A stretch of DNA of 64,000 bases. Origin: Lama glama. Taxonomy: Eukaryota. A program made the position numbers and the translations under genes. Each line of letters opens with the position of its first letter. The stretch's first letter is position 1. The notes under the pieces are model-generated. The model saw nothing but the letters and a program-made list of their open reading frames with translations, searched no databases and was not told where the DNA came from. The stretch lies in the NCBI GenBank assembly GCA_028534125.1, contig CM052817.1, forward strand, positions 40,116,001-40,180,000. The letters are read 5' to 3'. This document shows positions 11,605 to 25,270 of this stretch, in pieces.

Positions 11605-13773
11605 AGTCTTTTTTAATAGTACAAATAGGACGTGCTCTTCCTAATAACAGAGCTTCAAAATACATGAAGCACAAATGCACAGAAGAGGGGAAATAAGCAA
11701 ATCCACAATCAAATTTGGAGATTTTGACAGCCTTTCTCAGTAATTGATAGAAGAGGAAAGAGTCTGTAGAAGATTTGAACAACACTATCAACCAACTTGA
11801 CCTAATTGACACTTACAGAGCACGACTCTCAGCAGCTGCAGAATACATGTTCTCTTCAGGTGCACATGCAATGTTCACAAAGAGGGACCATACACTGAGC
11901 CTTAAGCCTCTAAATTCCATCTCCAAATGATGGAAATGGTAGAGTATTATATTCTCTGACAATAATAGGAGTAAATTAGAAACGAACAATAAAAGATAGA
12001 AAACCCCCAACTATTTGGGAATTAAAGAGCATACTTCTTTATTTTCCATGTGTCAAAGATGAAATCACAAAATATTAGAAAACATTTGAAGTGAATGATA
12101 ATAAAAACATTGAACTTAGCAGAATGCAGTTAAAGCAGCATTGGGGGCAAGTTTTAACACTAAAGTGTTTATTTTAGAAAAGAAGAAAGGTTTAAAATCA
12201 ATGATCTAAATCAAGTGTTAACAAATTTTTTTCTATGAAGGGCCAGATAGCAAATATTTTAGGCTTTGTAGGCCACGATTTATCTATATCTATATATAGG
12301 TATAATAGATACATAGACACACACACACACAGCCACCTCCCCACACATATATCTTCCCTCCCCCAACTATTTAAAAACATAAAAATCATTTTTAACTGAA
12401 GAACAATGCATAAATAGACTCTGGGCCTGATTTGTTCTACAGGCCATGGTTTGCTGAATTCTGATCTGTGCTTCCATCTTAAACTTCTAGAAAAAGGACA
12501 AATTAAATCTAAAGCAAGCAGAAGAAAGGAGATAAAGATAATAGTCGATTAAACAAAAGATGGATACACAACTGAGAAAATCAATGAAGCCAAAATTATT
12601 CTTTGAAAAGACTGATAATATTGAAAAATCTCAGGGAAAAAAAGAGAAAAGAGAGAAACTAAGATGAAGAATGAAGTCATTTCTGCAGACATTAAAATAA
12701 TATGATGTATAACTTTATGCTAATAAATTTGGCAACCTGGAGGAAATAGATAAATTCCTTGAAGGATACAAACTATCAGATAGCAAAGTCACTCGAGAAG
12801 AAAGAGATAATCTGAGTAACACTACATCTATTAAAGAAATTGAATTTATAGTTAAAAACCTCACAAGGAAGCTTTATGTCTAGATGGCTTTACTGGTGAG
12901 TTCTAGCAAACATTTCAGGAAGAAATAGTAAAAATTCTACGTAGACTTTTCCTGAAAATTGAAGAGGACGAAACACATCCCAACCCACTTTATTAGACTA
13001 GCATTATCTCCAGATAGCCAGTGCAAAAAACTGTAGACCAATAGCCCTCGTGAGTATAGACAAAAATGCTTCACAAAATATTAGCAAATAGAATTGAGCA
13101 ATACATAGAAAATGGAATTTCATATAATTTTATATAAGTTTGGGGTTTATTTCAGAAAAGCAAAATTGGCTTAATAAACATCAATGAATATAGTATACAG
13201 ACTAAAAGAGAAAAGGCATGTGGTTATCTCAATCGTTGCACAAAAAACATGATTAGATGTCCATTTATGATTGAAAAAAGAAACAACTGAAAACTGGGGC
13301 TGTAAGTAAACTTCCTCAGTTCAGTAAAGGGAATTTAGGAAACACCTAAGCTAAGGTAAGATTGGGAACAAGGTAAAGATGTCTTCTCTGACCACTGCAA
13401 CATTTTACTGGAGGTACTAGTCAGTTTAGTAAGGCAAGGAAAAGAAGCAAAAGACATACAGATTGGAAAGGAATAAATACAGATGTTGTTCTCCGACACC
13501 ATAGATTATCCTTCTAGAAAATCCTGAGGAATCTACATCAAAAAGATACTAGAATTAATAAATGAGTTTAGCTAGGTTGGACATGGACAGCATAAAATAA
13601 TCAGTTAAATTTCTATACATTAGCAACAAACAATTGGAAAATGGAAAAAAAGGCTATTTATAATGTATCAAAAACCATGAAACACTTAGGGATAAATTTA
13701 CCAAAATATACACAAGACCTATACACTTGAAGTACAGAAGACATTGCTAAGATAAAGAAGTAGAGAGATACAC
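11605..13773 (+). mobile_element. Old L1 (L1M-type) ORF2 remnant, 5' part
   Basis: Degenerate endonuclease/RT-region sequence (tagaagatttgaacaacactatcaaccaacttgaccta; gatggctttactggtgagttcta), many stops and indels. Confidence 0.85.
12212..12463 (+). mobile_element. MER58-like hAT element nested in the L1
   Basis: aagggccagatagcaaatattttaggctttgtaggcc 5' motif and ggccatggtttgctgaattctg 3' end; the L1 sequence resumes across it. Confidence 0.75.
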
Positions 13774-14284
13774 TATTGGGAGACAGTTCTCCATGGGTTT
13801 TTGCATTTCTTTACTTCTTGCAAGTGAGACAGTGACAGCCCTTTTAAACAATTTTTTCCAGGATGTTTGTATAGCATAAAGCCTTGCATGATAGAGTTAG
13901 TGACTCTTGCTGTAGCAAAGAGCAGATTTGCTTACTGTCCAGTATAATAAAGATAATATCTCCCTTTGGAGAAAGGGTAGATGTACTTCAGCCCATTATA
14001 AATGATTCCAGTTCCTTAAGCTCAGGGTTCCTCAGTTGTGATGTGAACTCATTGCCTTCACAGCATCTACCTGGGTGTCTCCACTTCTGCTCTGTGGGAC
14101 TTGTGGGCACGGGGAACTGATACACATGTGGCGTTTATGTTCCTTGCTGTGCTGAGAGTACTAAGTCCTGTGTTTCTGACCTAGGACTACTGGGTTGTCT
14201 GCTAGTATCCATGAAACAATAACAGGCTACATTGTTAGCTTGCAAGGAGAGTCTAAAATCTCAAATCCCTCTCAGTTCTTGACA
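13774..14284 (+). mobile_element. ERVL-class LTR (MER76-like)
   Basis: Starts t[a]ttgggagacagttctccatggg, ends cagttcttgaCA, followed by gttttggc and internal ERV sequence; interrupts the L1. Confidence 0.65.
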
Positions 14285-15200
14285 GTTTTGGCCATAAGGA
14301 TGAAGTCTTGACAGAGACATGGCTTTTTGAAAGAGGAAGGATGAGGGCCTTGAGGGCTGGGCTGGGGATATGGAAAGACTGTCTGGCATCTGGTAGTGAG
14401 TGCTCTCACCCAGGTGGCGAGCAGAGGTGGTGGGCGCAGGGAGTGTAGACACCCTTCAGTGTTCTACCTCTCAGTGAACACTTAGGGGCTGAGCTGAGTG
14501 GTAGCCTGAATGGTGCTTCGGTTGCCGTACACTCAAATCCGTGGCATAGCCCCTGCTGAAAGGCAGTGGGCCTGTGGCTGCTGAGCATGGGGTCCCCAAA
14601 GCTGAGAAAATGGTGTCAGAAATGAGGATTTGGGTGTATTAACAACGTTAGAAGTTGCCTTAGTTGAGCTGCAAGTGTGAGTGCTTGAAACTGAAAGTAA
14701 ATGCACTATCAGGCCACTGTCTCTCTCTGTGGCCTAACCTCTCCTCCTCTTATGTCAGGTGTTTAAGGAGAGAGATGAATAGGGGTTGGGCTGAGATCTT
14801 CCTGTCCTTAAGAGGGTCTAAAGGCCATACTCATGTGTCTAAATATGCTGGGGGAACTTCAGGGAGAGGAGGGAGTCAAACTTTTATGGCTCTGTTGGAT
14901 ACTTACATCCAAATCATCAGCCTGCCTTGTTCTCTAGGGGATGGAGTGTTCAGAGACAATTGATGGGGCAAAGTTTGCAGTAGGGAAGGGAAGCTAATGT
15001 GACACTGTGGGTGGGGCCCTTTGTGGTTGTGTACTGTTGTTGTGGCCTCCATTACTGAAGGTAGAATTGCTGTTGATATTTTCACATGTCTGTTCTGCAA
15101 GTGCCAGAGGGTGTTCTCCTGATTAGGAGCAGGCAGAGAAGTGCTTGTATTTTGGGGTCCCAAAACCCTAGTGATTCCTCTGAGCTACAAGTTATTGTGA
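14285..15200 (+). mobile_element. ERVL-like internal remnant with decayed protease
   Basis: QTFMALLDTY at 14877-14906 (retroviral protease LLDTG-like motif) and downstream VGP / VVVASITEGRIAVDIF resembling the ERVL protease C-terminus, frameshifted. Confidence 0.6.
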
Positions 15201-15209
15201 CTCACGATT

Positions 15210-15950
15210 TTTCAGTGTATATAAAGAACTCATCCAACTCAATAAGAAGACAGAAAAAAACCAATATTTTTTAAAAATTGGCAAAAAGCTTTCATGCAGA
15301 CACTTTTATACAGGCAATACTCATATGAAAATGCTCAACATCATTAGTTATTTGGGAATTTAGATTAAAACCACAATGAGATATCATTTCTTACCTACTA
15401 GAATGGCTGAAATTAAAAAGACCAACAAAACCAATTGTTGGTAAGGATGTGGAACAGCTGGAATCTCTTATATATTGCTGGTTGTTGTACAAAATGGTAT
15501 AGCCAAGTTGGGAAATCGTTTCTCAGTTTCATGCAGGTTTGAAAATAAACTTACCTTGTGATCCAGTAAGTCCATATCTAGGTATTTATTTTTTAAAAAA
15601 GAAAATATCGATCCATAAAAAGCTTTATACCAGTTTTATTCATAATAGTCTCAAAGTGGAAACAATATGAATGTCAGTCCACAGGTGAATGGATAAACAA
15701 ATTGTGTAGATTCACCCAAAGGAATATTTCTTGGTGGTAAAAAGGAACTGAATTACTAATAAGTGTAAGAATAAATATAAATCTCAAAAAACACATTGAG
15801 GGAAAAAGCTTACACTATATATTCCTTTATGTCATGAGTACATAATATATAATTCCATTGAAGTTCTAGAATGGGCAAAAAGGCAAAACTAATCTAGTGA
15901 AATGGTTGTTTGTAGAGAGTAGGATTTGGGGGTAGGGGATTGACTATAAA
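15210..15950 (+). mobile_element. Old L1 ORF2 3' end and 3' UTR
   Basis: aaatgctcaacatcattagt...attaaaaccacaatgagata...ggtgaatggataaacaaattgtg typical of L1M 3' ends. Confidence 0.85.
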
Positions 15951-15999
15951 GGAGTAGGCATGTTTTTCTCCATTTTAAAATACCAGTGACAAAAATTTA

Positions 16000-16230
16000 A
16001 GGCAGTATAATATTGTGATTAAAATTATGTACTTTGGTATCATAAAACATGTCCTGAGTTTGAATTCTGGCTTTACCATTTACTAATTATGTGACCTTGA
16101 GCCAACTGTTTAAACTTTCTAAGTTTTCTCATCTATAAAATGGGGGTGATAATGATACCATCTTAGAGTTGTTGTCAAGCTAAATTAAATTATACCATTA
16201 CTGGTAGATAGTAAGTGCTCAATAATGATG
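16000..16230 (+). mobile_element. MIR SINE
   Basis: cctgagtttgaattctggct...tgtgaccttgag...ctcatctataaaatgggg...gtaagtgctcaataa. Confidence 0.8.
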
Positions 16231-17461
16231 ATTAATTTTGGCAGTATTGGTATTTGTCAGTGCTAATAATTATAATTGGCTACTCATGTCTGTTAATCTT
16301 GGATGGGTACTGCATTTTTGTATTTTAAAAAAAGGGAAAAGAAAGAATAATTGATTAGGTTCCTATGGATCTGTAATATTCTCTGGACAAATAACTTACT
16401 GTTATTTAGCCAGTCATAAATATGATGTACCGTCTTTAATCTGTGAAGATAATGGTACTGACACCTTTATTGGGAGTTCTGCATGACCTTTGGCTGAAAG
16501 CATTGCAGTGTTTGGGGGTTTTGTTGTCATTGTTGTTGTTTGGTTTTTTGTTGTTGTTGTTGTTGGGTTTTTGTTTTTGTTTCTTTTTTGCGGTGGAGGG
16601 TTCATTGCAGGGCCAAGCAAGGAGAATGGGTGGGTGACTTGTGCTCAAAAAACCTGAACTCCTGCCATTTTGATAAGTTTGTAATTTGCTTTATTATTAT
16701 TACCATTTTTTTTCTTTATGGACTGGCTATATACCTTTTAAATGGTTCCTTTTTTGACATTTTAAATGGCTGAGAAGAATTTGAGAATCTTCTTTCCAAA
16801 TAAAGATTTCTTTAGTTATGAAGCTAGTTGATCAAACTTGGGCCAGATAAGCCATTTGATCTACAGTAGCTGAGAGGATTACTCTAGAAACTCCTTTAAC
16901 ATTAGTTTGAGCATTTAAAATGGGTTTTTATAAACAGTGTGGTACCCTCATTTTAGGACTTAGCTCATTGGAGATTTGAGGATATTTTCTAATATCTGTT
17001 TACATTTAAATCTACATTCTTGTGTGGATCAGCACTGTTCAAATCTGTCAGTAGGAATTAAAAAAATAACTGGGAAGAAATAAGATGATGTTGAAGATTA
17101 AAAGGTTTTATGAGCAGGAATTGGAAAGGGGTTTCCTGTAATTATGTGACTTAGTGTTGTCTGAATGCAGTATACTTTTGGACTGAGACATGGTGAATGA
17201 GAATGTTTGCTTCAGTTCTGTGTCCCGTATGACTTATATTTCAGAGTCTTGAAGGTTGAAGATATATGTTAAAATGGTTTAACCCAAATATGCATCAGGA
17301 ATATCCTTCACTCAGTTATACAGCAATAAAAAATTTTATTTTGTCATTTACATTTTTCTTGAATAATTTTTTCTTATTAAATTTGTTTTGAAACCTAGTA
17401 ATTTATTCATTTTTCAACTTTCATTGCAGTGCCTGATCAACTTTCTAGCAGGAGAACGATC

Positions 17462-18142
17462 ATGGAGGTGGTGCCAGCTGAGGTGAATAGTTTGCTTCCA
17501 GAGGAGATAATGGACACTGGTATAACTTTAGTGGATGATGATAGTATTGAGGCTGTTATTGTTTCATCCCCAATTCCCATGGAGACAGAACTGGAAGAAA
17601 TTGTCAACATAAATTCTACTGGCGACTCTACAGCCACGCCCATTTCCACGGAGCCAATCACAGTGTACAGTAACCACACTAACCAAGTTGCAGTGAACAC
17701 CACAGTTACTAAAGCAGATTCTAATACCACAGTGCAACCAGCTTTTCCAAGTGGCCTTCAAAAACTTGGTGCTCAGACTCCTGTGACTATATCAGCCAAT
17801 CAGATTATTTTAAACAAAGTATCACAGACATCTGATCTTAAACTTGGCAATCAGACCCTTAAACCAGATGGACAGAAGTTAATTTTAACAACTTTGGGCA
17901 AGTCTGGTTCACCAATTGTTTTAGCACTACCCCATAGCCAACCCCAGGCTCAGAAAGTTACAACTCAGGCCCAGTCAGGAGATGCTAAGTTACCACCGCA
18001 GCAAATTAAAGTAGTTACCATTGGAGGGAGGCCAGAGGTGAAACCTGTCATTGGTGTCTCAGCATTGACCCCAGGAAGTCAACTGATTAATACTACAACT
18101 CAGCCCTCTGTGTTACAGACCCAACAGTTAAAAACAGTACAG
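17462..18142 (+). CDS. LIN54: LIN54 exon 2, coding part (exon starts 17430), MEVVPAEVNSLLPEEIMD...QQLKTVQ, 227 codons
   Basis: Translation matches the LIN54 N-terminus. Acceptor ttgcag|17430, Kozak atcATGG, donor CAG|gtaaaa, phase 0. Confidence 0.97.
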
Positions 18143-21100
18143 GTAAAAAAACAAAAGGGGGCTTACTAATTAAAATGCATGTTAAACATTAAATTGATTG
18201 ATAGTTGTGTGTGTAGGGTGATTGAATGCATAGTTGTTACTGAATTCTTTTGAATGTTGCTTTTAGTAATTGTGTGGATTTTTTTTTGTAAAGTTTGATA
18301 TGTCTAATGCTTTTGAAAATTTCTGCCAGAGAACTTAGAACTTAATTTTGGTTAAATTCCAAATTAGTGTATTTATAGCTTTTTACTCATTTTAAAATGT
18401 ATTGTATTCTCAGTAGTAGTTTGAGTATACGGATGTTCTGCTGGTATAAAAATGTCAGAGTTGGTTCTGGGCTGTCAAAAAATCATTCAGACATGATATT
18501 TTCAGTTAACAGATGGACTAAGTCTAGGAAAACTTGCTGCTCTGAGAAACCCTTTGAGCTAGCAGTAGTACATGCTAGCTAGTGTGTGCCTCTTCTTTGG
18601 AATTTACTGTCCGTTGCATTACTCATGTTTGCAGTGTGGAAAAGGCAGTGCCATGTATGGAAGGTTTAGAGTTGGACCAACTGGATTTGAGTCACCTCTC
18701 TGCTGCCCTCCCAGCTGTGGAACTTTGGATTGGCTATTTACTGTCTCTGAGTTTTTTGCTTTTAGCTGAAAGATGGCTATTTGATTGTGATGAAACACAT
18801 AGGAAGAGATGAGTACTTGATACAGTTCTCAAAACATTGGAGATCCTTCAAAACGGTACCCATTGTTAGTGTGAACAGGAGCCTAAGATAAAAGGTTATC
18901 AGGACATATATTAAGTGGTTCCCCATTCTTCATACTCAAATAGGCCTTTTTAGGTCACCACTACTTTTAGAAATACAATGATCCATTTAAGACCAGGGAA
19001 CCCAAATTAATTTCCTGTTTGAAAGCGTCGGCTTTAGAAAAAGGAGAAGGCATGAATTAGAGAACTTAAGCAGACATATAGGGAAGTAGGAAGGTTGGGG
19101 GAACTGTCTACTCTCAGCTGATATTAGACACAATGTTTTGGTTATTATGTTTGCAAAATAATTAGAAACATTTTTCATGGGCTTTTTATTTAAGAACTTT
19201 GTAAGATTTCTCAGACTGTAAGATTTTCCCATGTTCCTTCTGCTGCTGTTAAGCGCTTAGTGCCCTCTCCTTTCTTGTTCATTATCATCTCTCACTTACC
19301 GCTGACTTCCTTTTACTTCTCTTGATGAGGATCCCTATCACCATGAAACACCTTGTCCTCAGCTTGTTTTCTTAAATCAGTTTTGAAATTTGTTTTTATT
19401 GGTTTACCAGAGTTTATCTGGCTTTGGGGATGTGAATCATAACCATGTTCGCAAGAAACTATCATGTAAATTAGGATGTTATTTTTTTTTCCATTTACAA
19501 GAGCAACATATACATACTGTTTCTAAGACCAGTTTATTTGTATCCCCTAGTTTTCTACTATAATCCCCTAAGTACTAACAATAAAAACAAAGACTGGGGT
19601 CTGATTCTTACAACTTCTTTTATTGTTGTTACTGACTATTTATTTAAAAAGAACTTCTATTAAAAACAAAACAAAACAAAAACAAAAGAAATGTCATTTA
19701 GAATATTGTTCTGCTTGTTCAGTTATTTTTAGGCAACTCAGATCTTTCCAACTCAAGAGTAGCCTGCAAAGCTCTGAAGCAAAGAAAAAACAAACAAGCT
19801 ACTATTTCCATTCTAGGCACCAGAATATTTGGTTTAGTAATATATGGTGTATATGACTTTCTGGGGTTTTTTTTTTCACACGGTCCTCAGCATTGTCTTA
19901 AATTTAATTAGAGTATTGAAACTGTTAGGGTGTGGACAATGGGTAAGGGTGGAAGGAGGAGACCCATCTTGAAAAATGAAGGAAAGCGGTGACAGTTGAG
20001 TCCCGAGGCAGTAACCAAGGGGGATAGTTACACTTACTTACAGATGTATGAACACTTTCCCATGTTTCTTGTGCATAGTATATATGAGTCATAAATATCT
20101 AGCAGTCTGGAACAACATAACTCCTTATTGGTTCCTGCACCTACACTACACAGTGCCAAAAATTACCTCTGTGCATTATTTGGTCACATGTTTGTCTATC
20201 TTATTTGTAAATTTATTTTTTGATTCATTTTTGTCTTACTCTGCTTATTAGATAAATTTTGTTAAAAATAATCCTTTATACTCTGTTTTATTTAATAAAG
20301 TAAATTTGTTCTAAGGTAGTTTAGAATTAATAATGCAAAAAGCATGGTTCCTTAACAGAACTGGAATCCTTATTTTCAGCAATGCTCCACTAGAGAAATA
20401 AAACCACAAGGGCAAGTCGGGATCGTTCATTTTAATAATTAATGTGCTTTTGGTTGTATTGTTTACATTTTTTTCCTGATTGGTGAGTATTCATATAGCC
20501 TTATGATTGTGAACATCAGTTAAAAATAGGAAAATACTTTAAGTTCCCAATTTTTATAGCTAAGGTTATTTTTTGCTAGACACGGGTTTCTAAGAATATC
20601 AATACCTCTACCTCTTGAGAGTCTTAATACTAAGTTAATAGATGGCATATTCTGACTAAAATTTAGAGTTTTAGGCCTGTAAATACACGAGGGAAATATT
20701 TCCCTGTATGTCTTCCAAATTGCATCAGTTTTTTAAAGTACAGTTATGGATTTATTTGTGTATTTCAAAGCTGGGAATTTTTTTAATGTAGTAATGGATC
20801 TCCTTAGTTTGTTTATTTAAAAAGTGATTTGTATTTCATTTACATTTTGTTTTGTCAGTAGTATGTTCGGAGTGTAAGAAAGTAATATATTCTAAATGTA
20901 AGAAAATGTGTTATTTAGTTTAATATATAGTTTGAACACAAAGCTGATATTTACCTAGTTGGTATATTTTGTCATTCAAGTTGGTCATGATTATTCATTT
21001 TGAGTTATTATTTCCAATAATAAATAGTATTTTCAGGGCCTCAATTTTCATATCTGCCAAAGATAAAATTAGTATTTAATGTCCTTTCTGCTCTGAAAGT

Positions 21101-21943
21101 CTATGATTTTGATCATAGTTGAACTTCTGTTTCTTTTAGAAGAAGCTATATCTTTGCATGCATGGATAATTTCAATATAAAAATATTGGTAACTCTACCT
21201 TCCCTGACTTGTGGGGAATTTTAGTTCAGGGCAACAGTGTAAGATCAGAGATGAATAAAACATAGCCCCTCCTTTCAAGGAATTTACAGTCTAGTAAACT
21301 GTATTTTAGTAAACAGTATTTCAGAGGCTTCACTTTTTGAATAGTCTTTGTTTTGTCAAACTTGTCTGTTTGTATCCTAGGGTGTAAGCTTGCTCAGTTC
21401 TTCATTTGTCTGCCCCTGATTTATAGATCTAAAGTTGAAGATAAAATCATAAGCCTATCTTTTTAATGTGTATTTATATTTTGCTTCCAGGGGCCAATGA
21501 AATTATATTAACAGGTGGCTTTATCATTTGCACAATGCTTTCTTAACTTACTCTATTCCATCTTTTTATTATTGAATGATTTGTGATTTGGAAAGAAGTA
21601 TTACTGTACTAAAGTGTTTCATTATTAATATTATGAAATATTTATTATTAGATAAACATTATTGAACATTAAGCATTATTTTAAAAATTAATTTGGTTTT
21701 CATTATATGCATATGTCCCAGAAACTAAAATCCAAAAGTATTATTATATAATGGCTTAAAGATGTGATTATATTAATATTTTGATGAATGGCTGTATTTT
21801 AAATGTTTTTAACATTAATGCTTAGATATGTTTTGTTAAATGATCTGGTTTCACATGTACTTCTATATATGAATTCTGTTTAATTTTGATTGAGTAGGTG
21901 TTTTATAGAAACAGTGGCCTTCATAGTTATTTATATATTTCAG

Positions 21944-22067
21944 ATTGCTAAGAAGCCTCGAACACCAACCTCTGGTCCAGTAATCACGAAGCTGATCTTT
22001 GCAAAACCAATTAATAGTAAAGCAGTTACAGGACAGACAACTCAAGTATCACCACCAGTCATTGCAG
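21944..22067 (+). CDS. LIN54: LIN54 exon 3 ([22 protein letters not shown]...PPVIA G)
   Basis: tttcag| acceptor, G|gttata donor, 124 nt, phase 0 to 1. Confidence 0.95.
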
Positions 22068-24884
22068 GTTATATTTTTTTATAGTTTATTAAGCTAAATA
22101 TTTACCTTCTTTTTAAGGTTTAAAAAAGGTTGTTCTGCGACCTTGAAATGTTTTAGTGCTTATTACTATAAACCAAACTCATTAATAAGAAATGTTACAC
22201 TTCTTAAATGTGTGCTTCAAGCAAAATGCCTTATCTCAAAATTAATCCTTTACTTTAGTCTCCTCAGTTTTTGGTTAGAATTTTACCTTGAAGGTAGCAA
22301 AGTCTTAAACTCTGATAATACTAGCTAACATTTGCATATTGTTTACTGTGGTCCCTGTGCTAGTGTAAGTTCTTTACATATGGTGAATGGACAATCCTCT
22401 GGCAGTCCTACGAAGTAGGTATTAATAACATCTCCTTTTTGCCAGTGTGGAAACAGAGGCACTCAGCTAGCAAATGTCCAAGTTGGGATTTGAATCCAGG
22501 CAATTTATATCTGGAGCACATATGCTAAGTCTAGTAGGTTTAAAGTAATACATGGGAGAGTATAGAATTTCATGGTTTCTGTTTGAATTTTTAGTTTCAG
22601 TATTTTCATATGCTCTATATAGAGTTCTCTATGAAACAAAATTGTCACAATGGTAATAATTACTTAAGTTGTAACAGAATTTTAGTTATGTTTCTTTTAC
22701 CAGCAAATTCCTTAGTGTGGCCCAATTCTCTTTTATTAGATACTTGACAATTTTTCATCACCAATAATAGCACCTCAGAAATTCTCTTTATTATTCTGGT
22801 TAATCTGCCTTTGTACTTCCAGTCTAGCAGTTCTTTCACTTTGAAATCTGATTCATTAACTCTTCTACTTTCTCATTAATAGTCAGCCCTTTCCTGTCCT
22901 CAGATTTTTCCTTACTTAACATGGAGTTCATGACCCATCATTATCACTCCCTGCAAGTACCATTGGTTCTCTTTTTACTGTCTCTTTCTATAATGGTTTG
23001 GTTAAGGCTAGCTCTCTTCTTTCTTCTTGCCTGTCAAGCAGCTTATTACTTGTAGAGAAAATCACACAGCCTTGGTGACTGGTCTTTAATTCAGAGCTAT
23101 ACTAATATTATTCCCTTCACCAATTAAGAGCTCATCTCTAATTTCCATTGTGCTAAGAGCTTATGGAAGCTCCTCTGGGTGGTAGACTTTGGCTAGGGAC
23201 TTTCAAATGCTAACTAGAATGTGTACTCTTGGTGAAGGTACTTCACATGTTAACTAAACCATCCCTGGAATATGTATTAAACCACCTACTCCTGTCTTTG
23301 ATAATTTACAGACAATGTAACAGTAGGCAACTCTGAAGTCAGTGGCAGTAATTTATCATTAATCTGAAGTTTTGAATTATATGTAGGCAGGCTTCTCATT
23401 TTAGAACATGAGAGAAGGCTTAAGGAGATTGTAGTTTGAGGGCAGTGTTGGGTGAATGATTGTTCTCTTTTTCTTTAGGCCTTTAGTAGAGATTTGGGAT
23501 GGTATAGGATGCTCATATCTTGAGGGCTGTCGTGGGAGGCAGATGTGGCCCCAGAGGAAAAATTGGAAAGGATTTGGATTTGGAGCTGCTTCAGGAAGTG
23601 GGCCTCAATTGGCTCGAGTGAATAAGATTTGGAGGTATTGATGATAAAGGGACCACCAGTCCCTTGGGAGGCTGGGTGGATGGAGGTGGTTAACTAGGAG
23701 GAATGTCTCAGTGCAATGTTCACTGTTTCTGAGTTTGAATAACTTTTAGTTATGGGGGAAATTGTATACTAAACAGCTGGTTTTGCAGAAGTGTCCAAAT
23801 GAACAATGGTGATGTCAAGGTTTCACCTCTCTTACATTGCCTATAATGGATGTCATTCCTGGGTCTTTGGGTCATTTACATTGTGTTGCACACTAATCAT
23901 AACTTCACCTTTTAGTTATAGGCTGACTTACTAGTCCTCCCAAAATGCATACAGATAGACTTCTCTTAAATTTCACTAGAGTTGCTGGCATTAATTTCAG
24001 TTATGGAGGAATAATTTCTACTGTTAACTAGTAGTTTGTAGCCTTTTAAATTAATATAAGCCAAATTTTAAACCAGCAAAGTAACTCTCCTGTTGAATTG
24101 TCCTATCACAAGGAGGTTCCATGGTTCCATTATCTTCATATTGCAGCTAATGATCTTTCAGGGTACATTTAGATTGCTTTTTAATGACTTTTGGGCTTCT
24201 CATTGATGGTGGACATCTTTTTCTGTCTTTCAGTCAAGGTGAACTTAATGTTTGTATGTGAGTGATTTGTCTAAAATGCAAATCTGATCTTGTCCACCCT
24301 TGCTTAAATTTTTTTTTGGCCATATCCATTTCTTACCCATTTCTTGGCCTTAATCCCCCCATCAGGAATAACTTCAAATGCTAGAGCTTTCTTAGCATTA
24401 AAATCATTTATGATCTAATACATAACTTTTTTATTTTCACCTCCTGTTAGGTCCAGACCTACTGATGTAACTTATTTTAAGAGATCACCAAATGGACCAT
24501 GTTCTCTCAGAACTTAAGCTCTTGGCACTGTTGCTTTTATCTGAAGTGCTTTTTTTTGCTTTCCTAATGGATAACTCATTCATTTTATCTTTGGATTATC
24601 TCTACCTGTCTTGGAAGTTTTTGATCCCTAAGCTTAGTTAGGTACTCCTTTCTCTGACCGTCTCCCATATATTTCCATAAAGCTTGGTTATACTTAACCA
24701 AATAGTTGACTTTAATTAGACTTCTGTTAAATTTTGCACTGGCTTTTTATGTTTCCATTAGTCATAGTGTATTGTAATACTTGGTTTTCTTGTCTGACTC
24801 CCTTACTACTACACTTTTTCTTAATAAAATTTTTTTTGATTTGATTTGTCGTCTAGTTTTTAAAAATTACTAATGAATTAAATT

Positions 24885-25270
24885 TTTCTTAATTTTGGTG
24901 AAATATACATAACATAAAGTTGATTTAACCATTTTAACCTTTTTTTTTTTTTTTTGACGAAGGTACTGGATTGAACCCAGGACCTCATGAGTGCTAAGCA
25001 TGTGCTCTACCACTGAGCTAAGCCTACCCCACTTTAACCATTTTAAACTGGGCTCTTTGGTGGTATTAAGTACATTCACATTGTACAACCATCACACTGT
25101 CCATCTCCAGGACGTTTTTCATGTTGCAAAATTGTATCTCTGTACTCATTAAACAATAACTTCCCAATTCCTTCCTCACCTCCGTCCCTAGCAGAGACTT
25201 CCGTCTCATCAGTTTGACTGTTCCACATAAATGAAGTCATACAGTGTTTGTCCTTTATGACTGGCTTTTT
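24885..25270 (-). mobile_element. L1MA/MB-type 3' end fragment, interrupted by a SINE
   Basis: ggtgaaatatacataacataaa...gtattaagtacattcacattgtacaaccatcac is the reverse strand of an L1 3' terminus. Confidence 0.75.
24938..25032 (-). mobile_element. tRNA-derived SINE (Vic-1-like)
   Basis: Reverse A/B boxes, poly-T tail; perfect 14-bp TSD tttaaccattttaa at 24924-24937 and 25033-25046. Confidence 0.92.

Noticed and set aside
17429..18169. The 246-aa ORF as a complete single-exon protein
   Set aside because: It starts at a GTG spanning the splice acceptor and runs into intron 2; the true coding part is 17462-18142.
20690..20705. 16-bp palindrome AGGGAAATATTTCCCT
   Set aside because: Length is compatible with chance in 64 kb of AT-rich DNA; spacing does not fit a canonical NF-kB site.
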